From NCBI GenBank assembly GCA_032718475.1, contig JAUCBJ010004543.1, positions 62,001-126,000 on the forward strand: DNA of 64,000 bases. Direction: 5' to 3'. The translations under genes and the position numbers were made by a program. Below the pieces are notes generated by a model, which saw nothing but the letters and a program-made list of their open reading frames with translations, was not told the origin of the DNA and made no database searches. Origin of the DNA: Nemertoderma westbladi (taxonomy: Eukaryota > Animalia > Xenacoelomorpha). Shown here one piece after another: positions 24,901 through 39,900 of the stretch (the first letter of the stretch is position 1; the number at the start of each line of letters is the position of its first letter).

Positions 24901-27900
24901 TCTGGTTTTTCTTATCCGAATATAAATAACATCGGTTGTGCTCGTCCTTTGAATAATCCAAGTTTATTGTTTTTTCTATATTTTAGAAATGGATATGTTA
25001 GACGAGCCTCTATTCGGCGTTGCTAAGAGAGTAGATGATATCGAGGCAGAAACTCCAAAAGAGTCTTCCACTTCGTCCATTAAATCTGACGTCACAGAAT
25101 TGAAATCACGTAGCCAAGTAAGTAGTAGTGTTTATTTTATATAAACTGTAAATTTTAGGTATATAAAATCGATCTCTCTATAATGCGGCAGATATTATGT
25201 CTCTGTTGGCAGACAATATTCTGGGTTGTTATATGGGACGTAAAAAGTAAAGTAAAGTAAATTTTCTTCGGCCACTAGGCCAGGGATTACGCACAAAGTC
25301 TGACGACTTATTTCCAGTGCGGTCCCCCCAGAACTTTACTCCCCAGAGGAAACTCTAGTACTCATTTAGCTACCACTTAAGGATGCAAGGCAGATATGCG
25401 CCCTGGCTGGTCCCTTTAAAGCATTCGTGCCGAAACGAAAACTGCCCTGGTCCATGTGAGGATCGAACCCACGACCTACAGGAGATGTGAATTCAATGTA
25501 ACCACTACACCAAGGTGGAACCTCAGTGGTGGGACGAGTTCGTCTTATTCTTGTTGTTGGTTGAACTTTATAACATTGACTATTTTTCAGAACGGGTTAA
25601 TTTCGCATTTGTTAACGGTTTATATTTAATTTTTAGGCGTTAACTTATAGAATTCGCAATTTTATCGAAGAAGGTAGTTCAACAATAAACAAATCTGAGA
25701 GAATCCATAAAGAACTCAGTGAGCTGACATCCGGTATAAATGAGGCCGATGAGTCCTTGGATGACCTTCAACCTATAGGTTAGCATATATTCGAATAATC
25801 AGTGTATAAAGTATGGGAATCCTGTCACACATAGTATAATTATTTCTTTCAGCAAAAAATAATAATTTTTGTTTAAGGTTATACATATTATATTTATCTT
25901 GCGTAATTGTAGGTCGTACCCAGTTAGTGATTGACGAACAGTCTGCTGTTGTCATGGCAGTGGGTAACAAACTCGCCACCATTGGTGACAAACTCTCTGC
26001 AATTGAGGCGGAAATCGACGGTATAGCTTCACAGATAACTGGCGAGGATCCAGAGAGATTGAAAGATTGGGTTAGTATTTATATCCAACTAGATACACGC
26101 ACACCAGCTATAATCGCGATCGCAGGGTAGTGCTGGGTTCAGGTAAGATCTAAACACCTATCCTCTAGAAGTTCTTGAATTCCGACAATTTATGAGAGAA
26201 AATTTTCACAATTTGTTTCCAATACGTCCATATTCTTTATTCCTGTTTCATCTGTACATTTTTTTTGCCGACTACCCTGTAGTGGTAGTGTTACACGGTA
26301 CACGGTGTTACACAAAAAGAGTATAAAATGGAACCCCCATGTGCAATTGTGCACGGGGGTAGATCGCACCCGCACAAAGATAAGTGGTACTCTAATTATA
26401 ATATGATAAAAATTAATTTATTACTTCTGAGCTCCAGATGCAGTTGTATTATATATTGATATTTATTAACCTTGATTTACGAGTTTTTTTTATATTATTT
26501 ACTTTCACTTTCGATTTATACCTATTTTTTGTCGATGCCGCATGTTAGGCCAACCGTTATCACCCAAGTGATTGAACAACAGTTATTGACATGATTGACA
26601 TTGTAGGTTGACGATCTTAGCAAGAAGTTATCTCGCGTTTCAAATCGTTGCGAAGCGACTGGTATCGAGGTGAAATCGATAAACAACCGTCTGGTTGAGC
26701 TACACGGATTGGTTGAGGAAGCTGAATGCGACATCGACGAGACCCACAAAGTGTTGAGTCATCCGGAACCCGCTGGCCAATCAGCAGAAGTTATACAAAG
26801 TCAGCGAGACTTACTGAAGGTTTGTTTTACCTTATTCTAATATATATATAATATGACAGTCGTATATATTTGCTGGCTTCATCCGAAAATTGTATATACC
26901 AGAACTTTATACTCTTCGGGAATTTTTACTATGTCGGAGAGACCGATAAACTGACAGACAGAAAGTAGTTACAAAAATTCTAAATTTGAAGTTTCGTTTC
27001 GAATTGAATCAATTTTGAATGGAACTAGAAAAATAAACATATTATACACTTGTTATATAAACTGTTTTATTTATTCTAGAATATTGAGAAGAACTATGCT
27101 ATACCCTGTGGGGAGAAAGTGCGCCAAGCTACCTCTAGGGGGCAGTCGCTAGTCGATACAGCGAATATTGGTGTTGATACGAAACAAGTACAGGATACAA
27201 TCGAAAAATTAAACCACAGATACTCGAGTGACGTCACTAATTTGGTTAGTCACTTATAAACTATGAAATTTTTATAAATAGATTGGGAATTTGATGTTAT
27301 TAATTGTAGTAATTTGTGTACTGATCTATAATATTGACATAACATTGAAGATCTTTTAATTAAGCATTGTAATTGCGTCTTAAATCTCCTTGACAAACGT
27401 CAAAATTTATACTTCAAATATATATTCAGTATGTTTATCTTTTTCTTTGCAATTGAATCCCCGCAGATATCCAGCCGAGCTGCCGACCTTGAGGCCAGTC
27501 TAGTCGACAGCTGTGGTCTAGGGGTCGCACTGGAAGCGATGCGGTCCTGGTTGTCAGACACCGAGAGAGTACTGGACCATCAGTGCAGTCCCAGTTGCCA
27601 ACCGGAAGTGGTCAAGGCCCAGATCCGAGAAGGGGAAACGATTAAGAATATGGTAGAGAGCAGACAGGATTCAATAGATGCTGTCAGAGACCGTGCAGAG
27701 GAAGCAGACAATGGTTAGTAGGAGATGTTCGACTCACTTATTTATAATCGAGTTTTTGTGCACTGTTATTAGCACAGGAGCAATTAATGTCAGTTGATAG
27801 GTGTCAGTCATCAGACATCGTAAACCTGGACGCCAGCCGAGGATTTTTCTTTGAATTAATTTTCCAATTAAATTTTGTTTCGCATAGATTTCAGTGTTCA

Positions 27901-30900
27901 GGCCCGATCTGTTGTCGGCCGCTACGACTCGATAAAGTCCCGAGTTTCTATCCGTCTCGACGATTTACAAGGTGTTCTAGAATTATCCAACAAATTCTAT
28001 CAACATTGCGGAGAATTAACCAATCAGCTTCATGCAATAAAGAAAGCATTAGGAAAGGTGGACCGAATGTCTATTGATCCTGGAATCTTAACTAGCGACA
28101 TCGTTGCTTTAAAGGTTAGTTAAATGACTTTGAGCTATTCTTGAGAGTCTGTGACTTCTTATTATTATGAATTATTCTGCATCTTGATTTTATACTTTTC
28201 TTCAACAATTTCCTGGTTTAGTTACTTGCGTACCAAGTAGTTAGGTTGTTAGAGTGTCGGTTTTCCAGCCGGGTGGTTGCATGTTCGAGCCCAGTCAAGG
28301 AGCAACCCAGTTTTTGTTAAGCAATTAATTTGCTATAATAGTCAGAGTATTACACCTTGGGAGTTAGTGCCCCCCCCCCCCCCCGCCTTACAGGTACAGC
28401 CAGTAGAAAATCCTTCGGGTTGAATAATGTGTTTCTAGTTTCACTTCCGCTTATATAAGCTTATACTTAACTTTTTACTTGCATGGCGCTATTAGTTCAC
28501 AAACTGAGCATCTATAATCAATGTGTTCCAATATTTTTTAATTTCTCTATTTTTTTCCCATTTCTATGAGTGTTTGATTTGATAAAACAGTAGGATTCTC
28601 TAGAATTAGATTAGATTGATGTTGCATGTCTGAATGTCCCATATACTTAGGAACGTGTTGGACAACTAGCCAATCATAAAGGCGACGTCGAGCGTGTGAT
28701 TTCATTGGCTGGTTTGTTGAAACCGTTAGTTGGGAAAGATCAACGCGTGACTCTCCAAAACCAAGTGGACGCCATTCAGGATTGCTATGACGACGTGTGT
28801 CTGGTTGCCGAAGAGCTGATAAACGCGTTAACAGTTGCCCAGCAATGGATCACATTGTTTGCTACATTGGAGAGCCAGCTCACCCATTGGTTGGATGATA
28901 CTGACAAGCTATTGGATAATGCAACTGCCACTCCCATTTCTGTAGAATCAATTCCACTTAAACGCTCGTTAGATGTTCAATCAGTAAGTATAAAGCAAAC
29001 AATAAACAGCCAATCATCATTGAGTACATCATAATAAACAACCAATCAGTGATTACTTCATAGAATATATAACCAGCAATCAGTGGAAGTACTATACTTC
29101 ACAATCAATATCTATATTTGTTTCATTCTGCAAGTCCAGACAATTTCTCCTGTATCCTAGACATTGCTTTAGGTTATTTTCCTTGTCTTTATGTTAGCAC
29201 TTAACATCAAAGTTGTTATCAATTCATTTTTTAACTATTTTCGCCTCATTTTGAAAGTGAGAAAGAAACTTACAACATTTTATTAAGATATAAATTATAT
29301 TGTTTTTATGAAAATAAAATGTTTTCCTATAATTTATTTCTATAACTAACAAATATTTTATCGTAGGAATTGAATTCCTCCATCGCGGATGAGATGTCCA
29401 TACTCGACGAGGTTGTTGGTATCGGAAATGACGTCATCAGACAAGCTTCCGGCGACGAGGCTTTATCTGTTCACTCCAGATTGGATGTTTTGAAATCCCG
29501 CTTTGGCGAATTGGCCAATCGCAGTGCAGTCCGCCTTTCTCATCTTGAAAAGGTAATAATAATTAATTCCACCTTATTTCTCTACTTCATATCGTCAAAA
29601 CAATAACTTTCGGACTTACAAATACTATTTATATAATTGATAACTTTCAGGCTCTTCCATTGGTTGGGGATTTCAACGAATCTTACCGCCGAGTAGTTTC
29701 CCGATTGGATGATTTAGAGCATTACATTAGCCTATCAGAAACAGAGAGTTCATTTGATTTGCGCAGTACATTAGAGGTTAGTGAAACTATACCGTTCTAG
29801 AACATTCGACTTTCAAATATCGAGTTTATTTGTTGGTGAATTCATTAATACTATTGACGATAGAATGCTGAGATTTAAACGATTAATGGATTTGGTTTCT
29901 ATAGGAACGTAAGCGTGACTCGGAAGGAATTAAAGTCATGGTGGGACAACTGAATGGTATTGGACCGCGGTTGATGGTTGCGGTGGGTACCGAGTCAGCT
30001 GTTAGTGTTGAGGAACGTCTATTAGAATGTAACAGACGTCTAGACGCCGCCGCCAACCGGCTCAAGGTTATCGAAGACAAACTGCAAGAAAACATAACAA
30101 AACAACGTGAGGTAAGTGAGCTGACCTACCGAAACTTGTATTTACTGTAGATTAATATTATTTTGGTAGTATTGATGGAATACGTGACCGGTTTTACTGT
30201 CCCCAGGAAATGTTTATGTATTTAATTTCTAACACGTTGTTCTTTTATATTCAATTACAGTTTACTGATAAACTAAACGAACAGGTACTATGGGTTGAGT
30301 CGGTTTCTAAGCAACACTGTGACCAGTCACCGCTGGAACTAATATCGTTCGAGAGACTGACAGCGCAGGATGATAGTCAGCGTCTCCTAGCAACCGAGAT
30401 AGGCAGTCATAGAGGCGATGTGGAAGCGCTGCGTAAAGAATGTTCGGTTGTGGTTAGTGGGATCGCGGATACCGATGTAAAACAGGAACTCCAGCGGAAG
30501 CTAAAATCCATAACAGATCAATACAGGTGGGTGTAACGCAAAGTATAGGTTACTAGTTGGGGGTAACGCAAAGTATAGGTTACTAGTTGGTGTAACATAA
30601 TGTATAGGTTACTAGTTGGGTGTAACATAAAGTATAGGTTACTAGTTGGGTGTAACATAAAGTATAGGTTACTAGTTGGGTGTAACGCAAAGTATAGGTT
30701 ACTAGTTGGGTGTAACATAAAGTATAGGTTACTAGTTGGGTGTAACATAAAGTATAGGTTACTAGTTGGGGGTAACATAAAGTATAGGTTACTAGTTGGT
30801 GTAACATAAAGTATAGGTTACTAGTTGGGTGTAACATAAAGTATATGTTACTAGTTGGTGTAACATAAAGTATAGGTTACTAGTTGGGTGTAACGCAAAG

Positions 30901-33900
30901 TATAGTTTACTAGTTGGGTGTAACATAAAGTATCGGTAACTAGTTGGTTGTAACATAAAGTACCTGTTAGTAGTTGGGTGTAACATAAAGTCTAGGTTAC
31001 TAGTTGAGTGTAACATAAACTACCGGTTACTAGTTGAGTGTAACATAAAGTCCAGGTTGCTTGTTGAATGTAACATAAAGTACCGGCTAGTAGTTGGGTT
31101 TAACTTAAAGTACCGGTTACTAGTTGGGTGTAACATAAAGTACCGGTTACTAGTTGGTTGTAACATAAAGTACCGGTTACTAGTTGAGTGTAACATAAAG
31201 TCTAGGTTACTAGTTGAATGTAACCTAATGTACCGGTTACTAGTTGGGTTTAACATAAAGTACCGGTTACTTGTTGGGTGTAACATAAAGTACCGGGTGC
31301 TGGTTTGGTGTAACATAAAGTACCGGTTACTAGTTGGTTGTAACATAAAGTACCGGTTACTAGTTTATGTGTAACATAAAGTTTAGGTTACTAGTAGAAT
31401 GTAACATAAAGTACCGGTTACTAGTTTATGTGTAACATAAAGTTTAGGTTACTAGTAGAATGTAACATAAAGTACCGGCTAGTAGTTGGGTTTAACTTAA
31501 TGTACCGGTTACTAATTGGGTGTAACATAAAGTACCGGTTACTAGTTGGTTGTAACATAAAGTACCGGTTACTAGTTTATGTGTAACATAAAGTTTAGGT
31601 TACTAGTAGAATGTAACATAAAGTACCGGCTAGTAGTTGGGTTTAACTTAATGTACCGGTTACTAATTGGGTGTAACATAAAGTACCGGTTACTAGTTGG
31701 TTGTAACATAAAGTACCGGTTACTAGTTTCTGTAACATAAAGTCTAGGTTACTAGTAGAATGTAACATAAAGTACCGGCTAGTAGTTGGGTTTAACTTAA
31801 AGTACCGGTTACTAGTTGGGTGTAACATAAAGTACCGGTTACTAGTTTGGTGTAACATAAAGTACCGGTTACTAGTTGGTTGTAACATAAAGTACCGGTT
31901 ACTAGTTTATATGTAACATAAAGTTTAGGTTACTAGTAGAATGTAACATAAAGTACCGGCTAGTAGTTGGGTTTAACTTAAAGTACCGGTTACTAGTTGG
32001 GTGTAACATTAAGCTACGGTTACTAGTTGGGTGTAACATAAAGTACCTGTTACTAGTTTTGTGTAACATAAAGTACCGGTTACTAATTGGGTTTTTTACT
32101 TAAAGTATAGGTTACTAGATAGGTGTTACAGTTATTTACTGTACAGTATGTGTAACAGTTTAAACCAGTAGGTTTATACTGAACAACAATTATTGACTCT
32201 CTATGTAATTGTTTACAATTCTTCGTACAGCGCGTTGCTAAGGGACTGCGGCAGACGCAACCACTCCCTCGGCCAATCACTGCCGTTGTCAAAACGCTTC
32301 GGTGAATTATCCAACCAATTAACGTCCTGGATCGCCGATACTAAAGAGGAAGGGGAGAGCGTGGAAGTAGCTATTAATAGGAAGCAGCCCTCCCAGGAAG
32401 ACCAGAGTAAACTTAAGGTAAGTACTGCGTATTAACACGGGTGGGTCTGCATTGTGCAAAAATAATTGTTTGTGGACTAAGCAAACAGTCGGCCGTAGCC
32501 GGAGGCGACCCAAAGGCTCCTCTTTCGATAGCTGCTACCCGAGGGTAGGGGTGGGCGCTTCTCCTATCCCAAGATTTGTTCCCAGTTATTTAACTGGTAC
32601 TCATTTTATCGACCCCAGTGGATGAAAGGCTGAGAGGACCCTGGCGGGGCTGAACCTGCAACCATTAGATTGCAGGCCCGGCGCTCAACCAACTGAGCTA
32701 CCCCGCCTTCTTGTGGACTGTAACTCAGAGTATTACTGACATATAAGGGTTGGAGGTAGCCACCAACCCCCCTATAACTTAACCTTTTTTTACTTGTTTT
32801 TATCTCTCTCTCGAATAATGATTGCATATTCATTTCAGAAACTAAAGGATTCAGTTTTACAGCACAAACCAATCCTTCTACAATTATCTAAGTGCGGTCA
32901 ACAGCTGATGGCTACTGTTACCAACGGAAACGGCCAATCGGAGATGGTTAGGCAACGTATTGACACCATCCAGCGGGAGTTCCATGATCTCAGCGCCTAC
33001 ATAGACGCCATGGCTGGGTTCATGGAGGTGGTCATTCAAGAATTGGATGAGGTTAGTTGATGACTGATAGTCAGTTTATATTTTTGTAGTAACACCAGCA
33101 GCTCCGTTGTAGTTATCTATACATTTTATTTTATCCATCAAATGGAAATTATAAATTGCAATTTCTTTTATTTAGCAACGACTGACCTGCCGGAGGTCAC
33201 AATATCATCAGGTAGTAGTTGCCTGGGCAACCAGGTATACTTTTCACTATAATGCATGCGTTCTAGAACATTGTGTACTCCCATGTGTGGGTCTGCACTT
33301 CGCACTTTTAATTTATTATTATAATATATCACTATTTTTTTTCCAATAAAATTATTTTCATCCGAATGTTATTTTAATACTTTTCTTTCTTTCTGGTTGT
33401 CTTTCATTTATTTATAATTTCCGAAGATGATTTTTATCGTCTGGTTTATGTGGATAATTATCTATATCAACCTTAATTATCATTAGTTAATTTAATATTA
33501 TTAAATCCATCATCAACATAGACAATGTGTCAAATACAAATGAATACGATAGACAGCAGACACATATTTAATATATTATTATTTTTAATATTTGTTTATA
33601 AAACTTACTACAATAAATTATTGATTATTTATTTATTTTCATTAACTTGTTTGTATTTAGGGAGGCTTGTGTACCATTAATAGAGTTTGTTTGTATTAAT
33701 AGCTGGAGGATTCATGTGAGTCACTGTTGGACGGGTTGTCAAGGATATACGACCGTCTGAGTCACCCAGAGTCGGTGGGAGCCGAGGTGGACAGGCTGAA
33801 GATCCAAGTCAGGGACGCGAAGGGGGTTGATAGAAACCTAGAAGAGAAACACGTGGAGTTGTTGAGACTACAGACTATGGTGGAAGAGTTGAAGACACAG

Positions 33901-36900
33901 TATCAAGGGGACTCTGGGTCGAGAGGTAAGTTATTGGTTCTGCTAGAGCGTGGAGGATTATAGTTAAAGATGAAGTACTAGTCTGCGATACGAGTTTTAG
34001 CGACGAATAAAATCATCAATTTAAATTGTCAATTACATCTTCTATAACATCGCGTTACAGTTATGGAAGATAAGACTCGGGAATTACTTGACCTCTGGCA
34101 AACTCTTGTAACCATGTCAACCCAGCAGCAATCCAATCTGGAATCCACCCTCGATGTTGCTGTATTGTTCTGGAACGCACTTTCTGTTGCCATGGATTCG
34201 TTGCACGACATTGGAGATACTTTGGAACATCAGGAGGCACCCAGTTTCAAACCCGATGTCCTTAAAGAACAGATTGACGTGATGCAGGTCAGAATAGTAG
34301 ATCAATGTGATTCTATACAATAATTATCATAATTAATTGCAGCCGATAATTTAGTAGCCGGTTATTAATACCTTTCGTTTTATTATTCAGGCCATTAAAG
34401 AAGACATGGCGATGTGCAGTAAACGTATGGAGGAGGTCGGTAGCCATGGTAACAGGTTGATGAGTAAGTGCGGTCGTCCGGAACGACCTATAGTGCAGTC
34501 TGCGTTGGACGAGATGGACAGCTCGTGGAGTCGGTTGAGCGGTCGCTACGATACCAGAGATCGCTTGCTAAGAGACGCGCGCGGTGACGTCACCAAATAC
34601 GCAGCCGACGTTGCGGTAAGTACAGAGATGTGGGGCGCGCTTTATTTGTGTGAATTTTCTAGTTTGGCTGTTTAATTGTTCTATATTTAGAACTGTTATC
34701 TGTGGATGTCCAGTGTAATCAACATTAAAGTTGGAATTATGTTATAATTGTTTTTATTTTGGGGTGAATTTCGTTTGATTAACATCTTTCAGGCTTTTGG
34801 AGAGTGGTTAGCCGTTGCCACAGAGACACTGGCGTCGATGAGTCATCCCCAGACGGAGTTAAAACTTCTTCGTCGTCAAATCGACGAACTCAAACTGTTC
34901 GTAAAGGAAGTTGACAGTCGTCATAGGGATCTCGAAGAAATTAATGCAGAAACCGCCAAACTTATGAGGTATGTAGTGAAACTCCTCAGTTATGTAAGTT
35001 TGACATACTCGATAAAGTTTTGGGGGACCCCGTACTCATCTAGACTGCTGTACCGTATTGTGTTCCCTACTGTATCCACTGCTTCTCCTTTAGCAAGCAG
35101 CAGCTTGGTCTAGTGGTGACATTCCTGGGCTTCCAATTGCGAGGCACTGGTACGATCCCTAGATGGGAGCAGCACTGTTTGTGCACAGTGCTTTAAATAC
35201 TGCAGCCTACCCCAACCCTGGCTTTCATCCTTGACTGGTCGATAAATGGGAACTGGGAAACAGAGTGGAAGGGTTTTATATGGAAGATCACCCATGGTGG
35301 TGAACAGAGCCTTAAAAAGATTCTCCCATACATTTAAACATAATATGTTTATAGCCAATGTCCAGAATATGAGAAGAAGGAGTTAGTTTCTTCAATCGAA
35401 TCTATGAACGAACGCTGGAATGCTTTCAGCAACGATATAATACAACGTCGTGACATTCTGGACTCAACTCTATTAGATCAGGTGAGTCCGTCAATTATTC
35501 TACCACCACTACTTGTCCCCAATTATACTAACATGGGGGGCCTGAGTGTTAAATGATGTGACTTACGACCATTCTTGTGCATCGAATTCATATTTATGTT
35601 TACTTAATTACCCAGGGACAACTCCAAGAGGCAGTTGGGGGCCTCGTCGCGTGGATGGTTGCTAAGCAACGGGAGTTCGAGCGCACTCCCGCAGTGTACG
35701 GTAACAGTCGGCACATTAATACCCAGATCCAACGGCAGGGGTCGTACCATCAGGACCTACTGAACAACCAGCCGCAGTTGGATCGAGTTATTAACATCAT
35801 TCAGAGTTCGTCGGATGGCTGTGTGGACAAGGATGAGAAGGCACGCCATCTAACGGAGTTTAACGATATCACCGATAGATGGAAAGAATTACTCAAAGTT
35901 AGTTACAGAGTCAATGAGCGGAAGTCAATATTCCGACCTTTTTTATCCTGCTGTATTTTACCAGTAATATTACCTCACTATTATCAATTTGAGCATTATA
36001 AGTTTATATATAATCAAAGTCATGTAATATTAACGCCAACATTGTTGTCATTGTCTATAATGAAATAATGAAACTAACAGTTAATATTACATAACGGAAT
36101 AAGGATTATAAATAAAGTTATTTTAAATAAAGTTGTACTGTGTTTCACGTCAGCTCGAGTGGGAATATATCCACGGACGAGCTAAACGAGTGAGTGAAAT
36201 ATGAAACGAAGGTCTGAAAGTGAAATACAGTTACTTTATTTAAATCGACTATGTCGTATTATTTTCAAGTTTCGAAGTTGTATTAACTAGATATCGTATA
36301 TAAGGCTATTTATACCGGAACTATTACTTTATTTCACGCCGTATATAGCACCCTATAGCCCATCATTAAGTTTACTTTTTTTACGGCGTATTGCACGCCG
36401 ATTTTTAATGTAGTATTATATATGCAGTGCAACATGCATTATTATTGAAATATTAATGTTATTAGTTGTCAACGAGTTATAATTCCATGCGAATCTGCTA
36501 AGGTATCTGTGCTTGGGAACTAAATAGTAACTAATAAACCAACACAACTATAACAGAAGTTTGTAATTGTAGTGAACTAGTAGATCTAATTCAAACAATC
36601 ACCTCATAAGGACACCATATATAATTAGTATAGCAGTTTTGTCGTAATTGACCAATTACAGTCGCAGAACTCCAAATAATTTTATATATTATTAACATAT
36701 TGTTGCTAACATATTTCTTGTTATCTGTTAGCAGATTTAGATACCAAATGTTTTATTGTAATGCAGAATTCGATCGCTAGAGGGGGTTTGTTAGCGGATA
36801 TGCTGAAAGAAGTCTCGTCATTGGAGGCTGTCATGGCGACGCAGATGGAATGGCTAGCAGCCAATGAGAATCGATTAATTGTTAGCGCCCCAACTGGCGG

Positions 36901-39900
36901 TCTCCCTCAAACAGCTGAAGAACAACTGAATAGTCACGAGGTTGGTTCATAAATGTTAATAAATATCTTTGTTCAACACTCCAGAACAATTTCCCATTTG
37001 CGTGCGAACAATCAGCTGAAACATTCAATGTATGTTTATATATTTGAGGAACGAATTAATTATGAAATCTATTTAATGAATGTCTCATCTAGGTTCTGGA
37101 GTACGAGATGACCGAGAAATATTCCGAGTTCCAGCAGTTGGAAGAAACAACAAAGAATTTGTTGTTGAAATGCACTGATGAGTCAGGGGAAATAATTAAA
37201 AGGAGTTTAAACTTATTAGACAAGTTAGTTTAATAAGCGTATTTATTTATACCGCATCTGACTGACACTAGCGGTAGATTAATGGCTGTGATACCGAGTA
37301 TGTCCTGCATTAACCTGCTTTTGCTGTTGGAGTAAAGCAGATTGGGCAGTTTATTTTTAAATTTTGGGAGGAAGTGTGGTGGAATCCCTTCTTTACAGGT
37401 ATCTGCCAAGAGAGAGGATACCTTCGGTTGCCCCCGAGGTTGTTGTGTTTCTCGTTTACCGACAACTTATTTCATTATCGCACTATTTCTTACATATTTC
37501 AGTAGATGCACAATATCATTGCCGTATTGAATTTGTTACGAATATCAAGAATTAATTTAATATAAGTGCCGTTCTTACTATTCTCAGGAAATGGTCCGAA
37601 ACTATAAAACGAACTGAAATTCGAAAAGATAAATTATCTTCGGCCCTGGACGTTTCTAGAACATTCCATGATTTGGTGCAAAAAGTGAACATGTGGTTGG
37701 CTGACAGAGAAAACCTTCTAATCAAATCCAGTCCGGTTTCCATCGTCAAGGATACAGTCTGTTTGCAGATACGAGATCACAGAGTGGGTATAATATTAGC
37801 AATCTAATATCGCAGTAGGTGACAGATTAAGTAAACTATTTGATTAATATTCGTAAATTACTTACCCAGTTGTGTTCTTTTAATTTAATTGTTTCACGTT
37901 TCTTAGGATTTTGCTAATGATGTGGAGTTGAATCGCAGCAATATGACGGAACTAGATACGGTTGCTACGCAACTAAAGTACCAATCGGATAAACAAGACG
38001 TTGTCATTGTGAAGAATCTGGTGCACAGCGTTGCGACCAAGTGGGAGAGGTTGATGGTGAAGACGAGAGAACGAGCGCGAAGGTTGGACGATGGGTATAA
38101 GAAAGCAACCCAGGTGAGTTCTACCGGGGGTATAGGAGTGAGTTAAACTTGGGTTGGAGTGTTCCATAAGGGGTTTCAGGCATTTACAGTCTACAAGGGT
38201 TCTATGGATACCAAGGTCTGCGGACTCGTATTACATGTAACATACAAACATTACATGTGTACGTGTTTACATGTATTGTGATTATAATAATATCTTCTTT
38301 AGTTTCAAGGTCAGTACGATAAGATCTACTATTGGCTTGAACAAGCGGAGAAGGTATTCAATGAGGAATGTCTTACTGTACCTGGTGACCCTGGTAGACT
38401 ACGTCAGTTGCTAGGGCAACACAGAGAATTCCAGAGAGTCCTCAACTCGAAACAGGTGAGTGAAACAACACGTAATTGGTATTTTATAATGATTTGGGTT
38501 TGAAAAAGTGTATTTATTACTGAAAGGGACATGTGAATTACAAATAATAAATTAATTCAGACCCCTGGGCCCATATATGGGTCAGCAAATTCTAGAGGGT
38601 ATTGTGCACCAACAATGTTATACTTCGTAACATATTTGTTTTTAAAATTTAAAGGGACCTTTAATCATCCAAAAAAACACTTTACCTCTGTGCAAGGGGT
38701 GGTTACACCGTTGGTAGCAGCCGAATTATGCGGAGAGATTTCCGATTTTTAGATGGTTGTAATAAATCACCGATTGTCATTGTGACATCAGGAGTAAAAT
38801 AGTTGAAAAAAATATAGCCAGCCGCTAACATGTCCCCTTTATGTATTCTTACCAATAAAAAACATTGGTGTCCCTGTGGATTTATATGATGAATGTGTTT
38901 ATATGTTGCCCACATATGGGCCCCTGGGCTCCAAGGGGGTATGGAGGATAGTTGAATAACCAGAATATGTACAATTCAATTTGTACCTACCAATGCAGTA
39001 TTTCGAAGATTGTTTCAGTTAGTGCTCTTTACATGCAGTTTAGCTGTATAGTAGGTAAGGTACTAACTGTCTGTTTCGCAGTAGGCTACTTTACAATGCT
39101 ATAGTACAGCCCAGTAAAAAATCCGCATTCGTAACGCATGGGATGGCGCATATCTCACGCATTCGTAACGCATTCTGAAATGTTACATAGATGAACCATG
39201 CGATACGAATGCGAAAACCGAACCAAATACGCATCCTTTATTCGCATATCGAATGTTATACGAACCTTATTCGAATCCCGCACATTCTACGAATGCGTCC
39301 CTAATCTTATACGAATGTTTCCCGCACACGATACGAATGCGTCCCGCATGTTATATACGAATGTTTCCCATGCTATACGAATACGTTACGAATGTTTTAC
39401 GAGTGTTATACGAATGTTTACCGCAGGATTTTTATTTTTTTATTATTTCGCTACAGTTTACATAGTTTTAACAGTTTACAACTGATAAAACGTGTCCATT
39501 TTATTTTATTTTTTTAAATATACTTGATATTCCGAATCGAATATGAAAGCCATTTTCAATTTCCCCAAAAAAATGTTCAGATATAATTCAAGAGCACGCA
39601 ATTTCAGACGTGAATCGTTATAGTTATTATTATACTTATTAATTATTATTGATGGTTTATTATTTTTTATGATATTTTATTATGATATTATTTTATTATT
39701 ATATTATATTATTTTATTATTATATATATTTTCATTATTATTATATATATATTTTATTACTTATTATCGAAAAAAAGCGAATTAATATTCTAGAATATAG
39801 TAAAAAAAACATTGAAATTATGTTGATGCATCTCATAAAATGTATGCCTTTGATGTATTTTGTCTGTAAGATTTTTTTACCATTAATAAGTGTAGAGCTT

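Noticed and set aside
30518-31888. Repetitive ORFs ([10 protein letters not shown].., [10 protein letters not shown]..)
   Set aside because: Translations of the 30-bp minisatellite.
20838-32707. Functional tRNA genes at 20838, 25450, 28232 and 32640
   Set aside because: Stems do not pair properly and two of them run into SINE core and tail sequence; treated as SINE heads.
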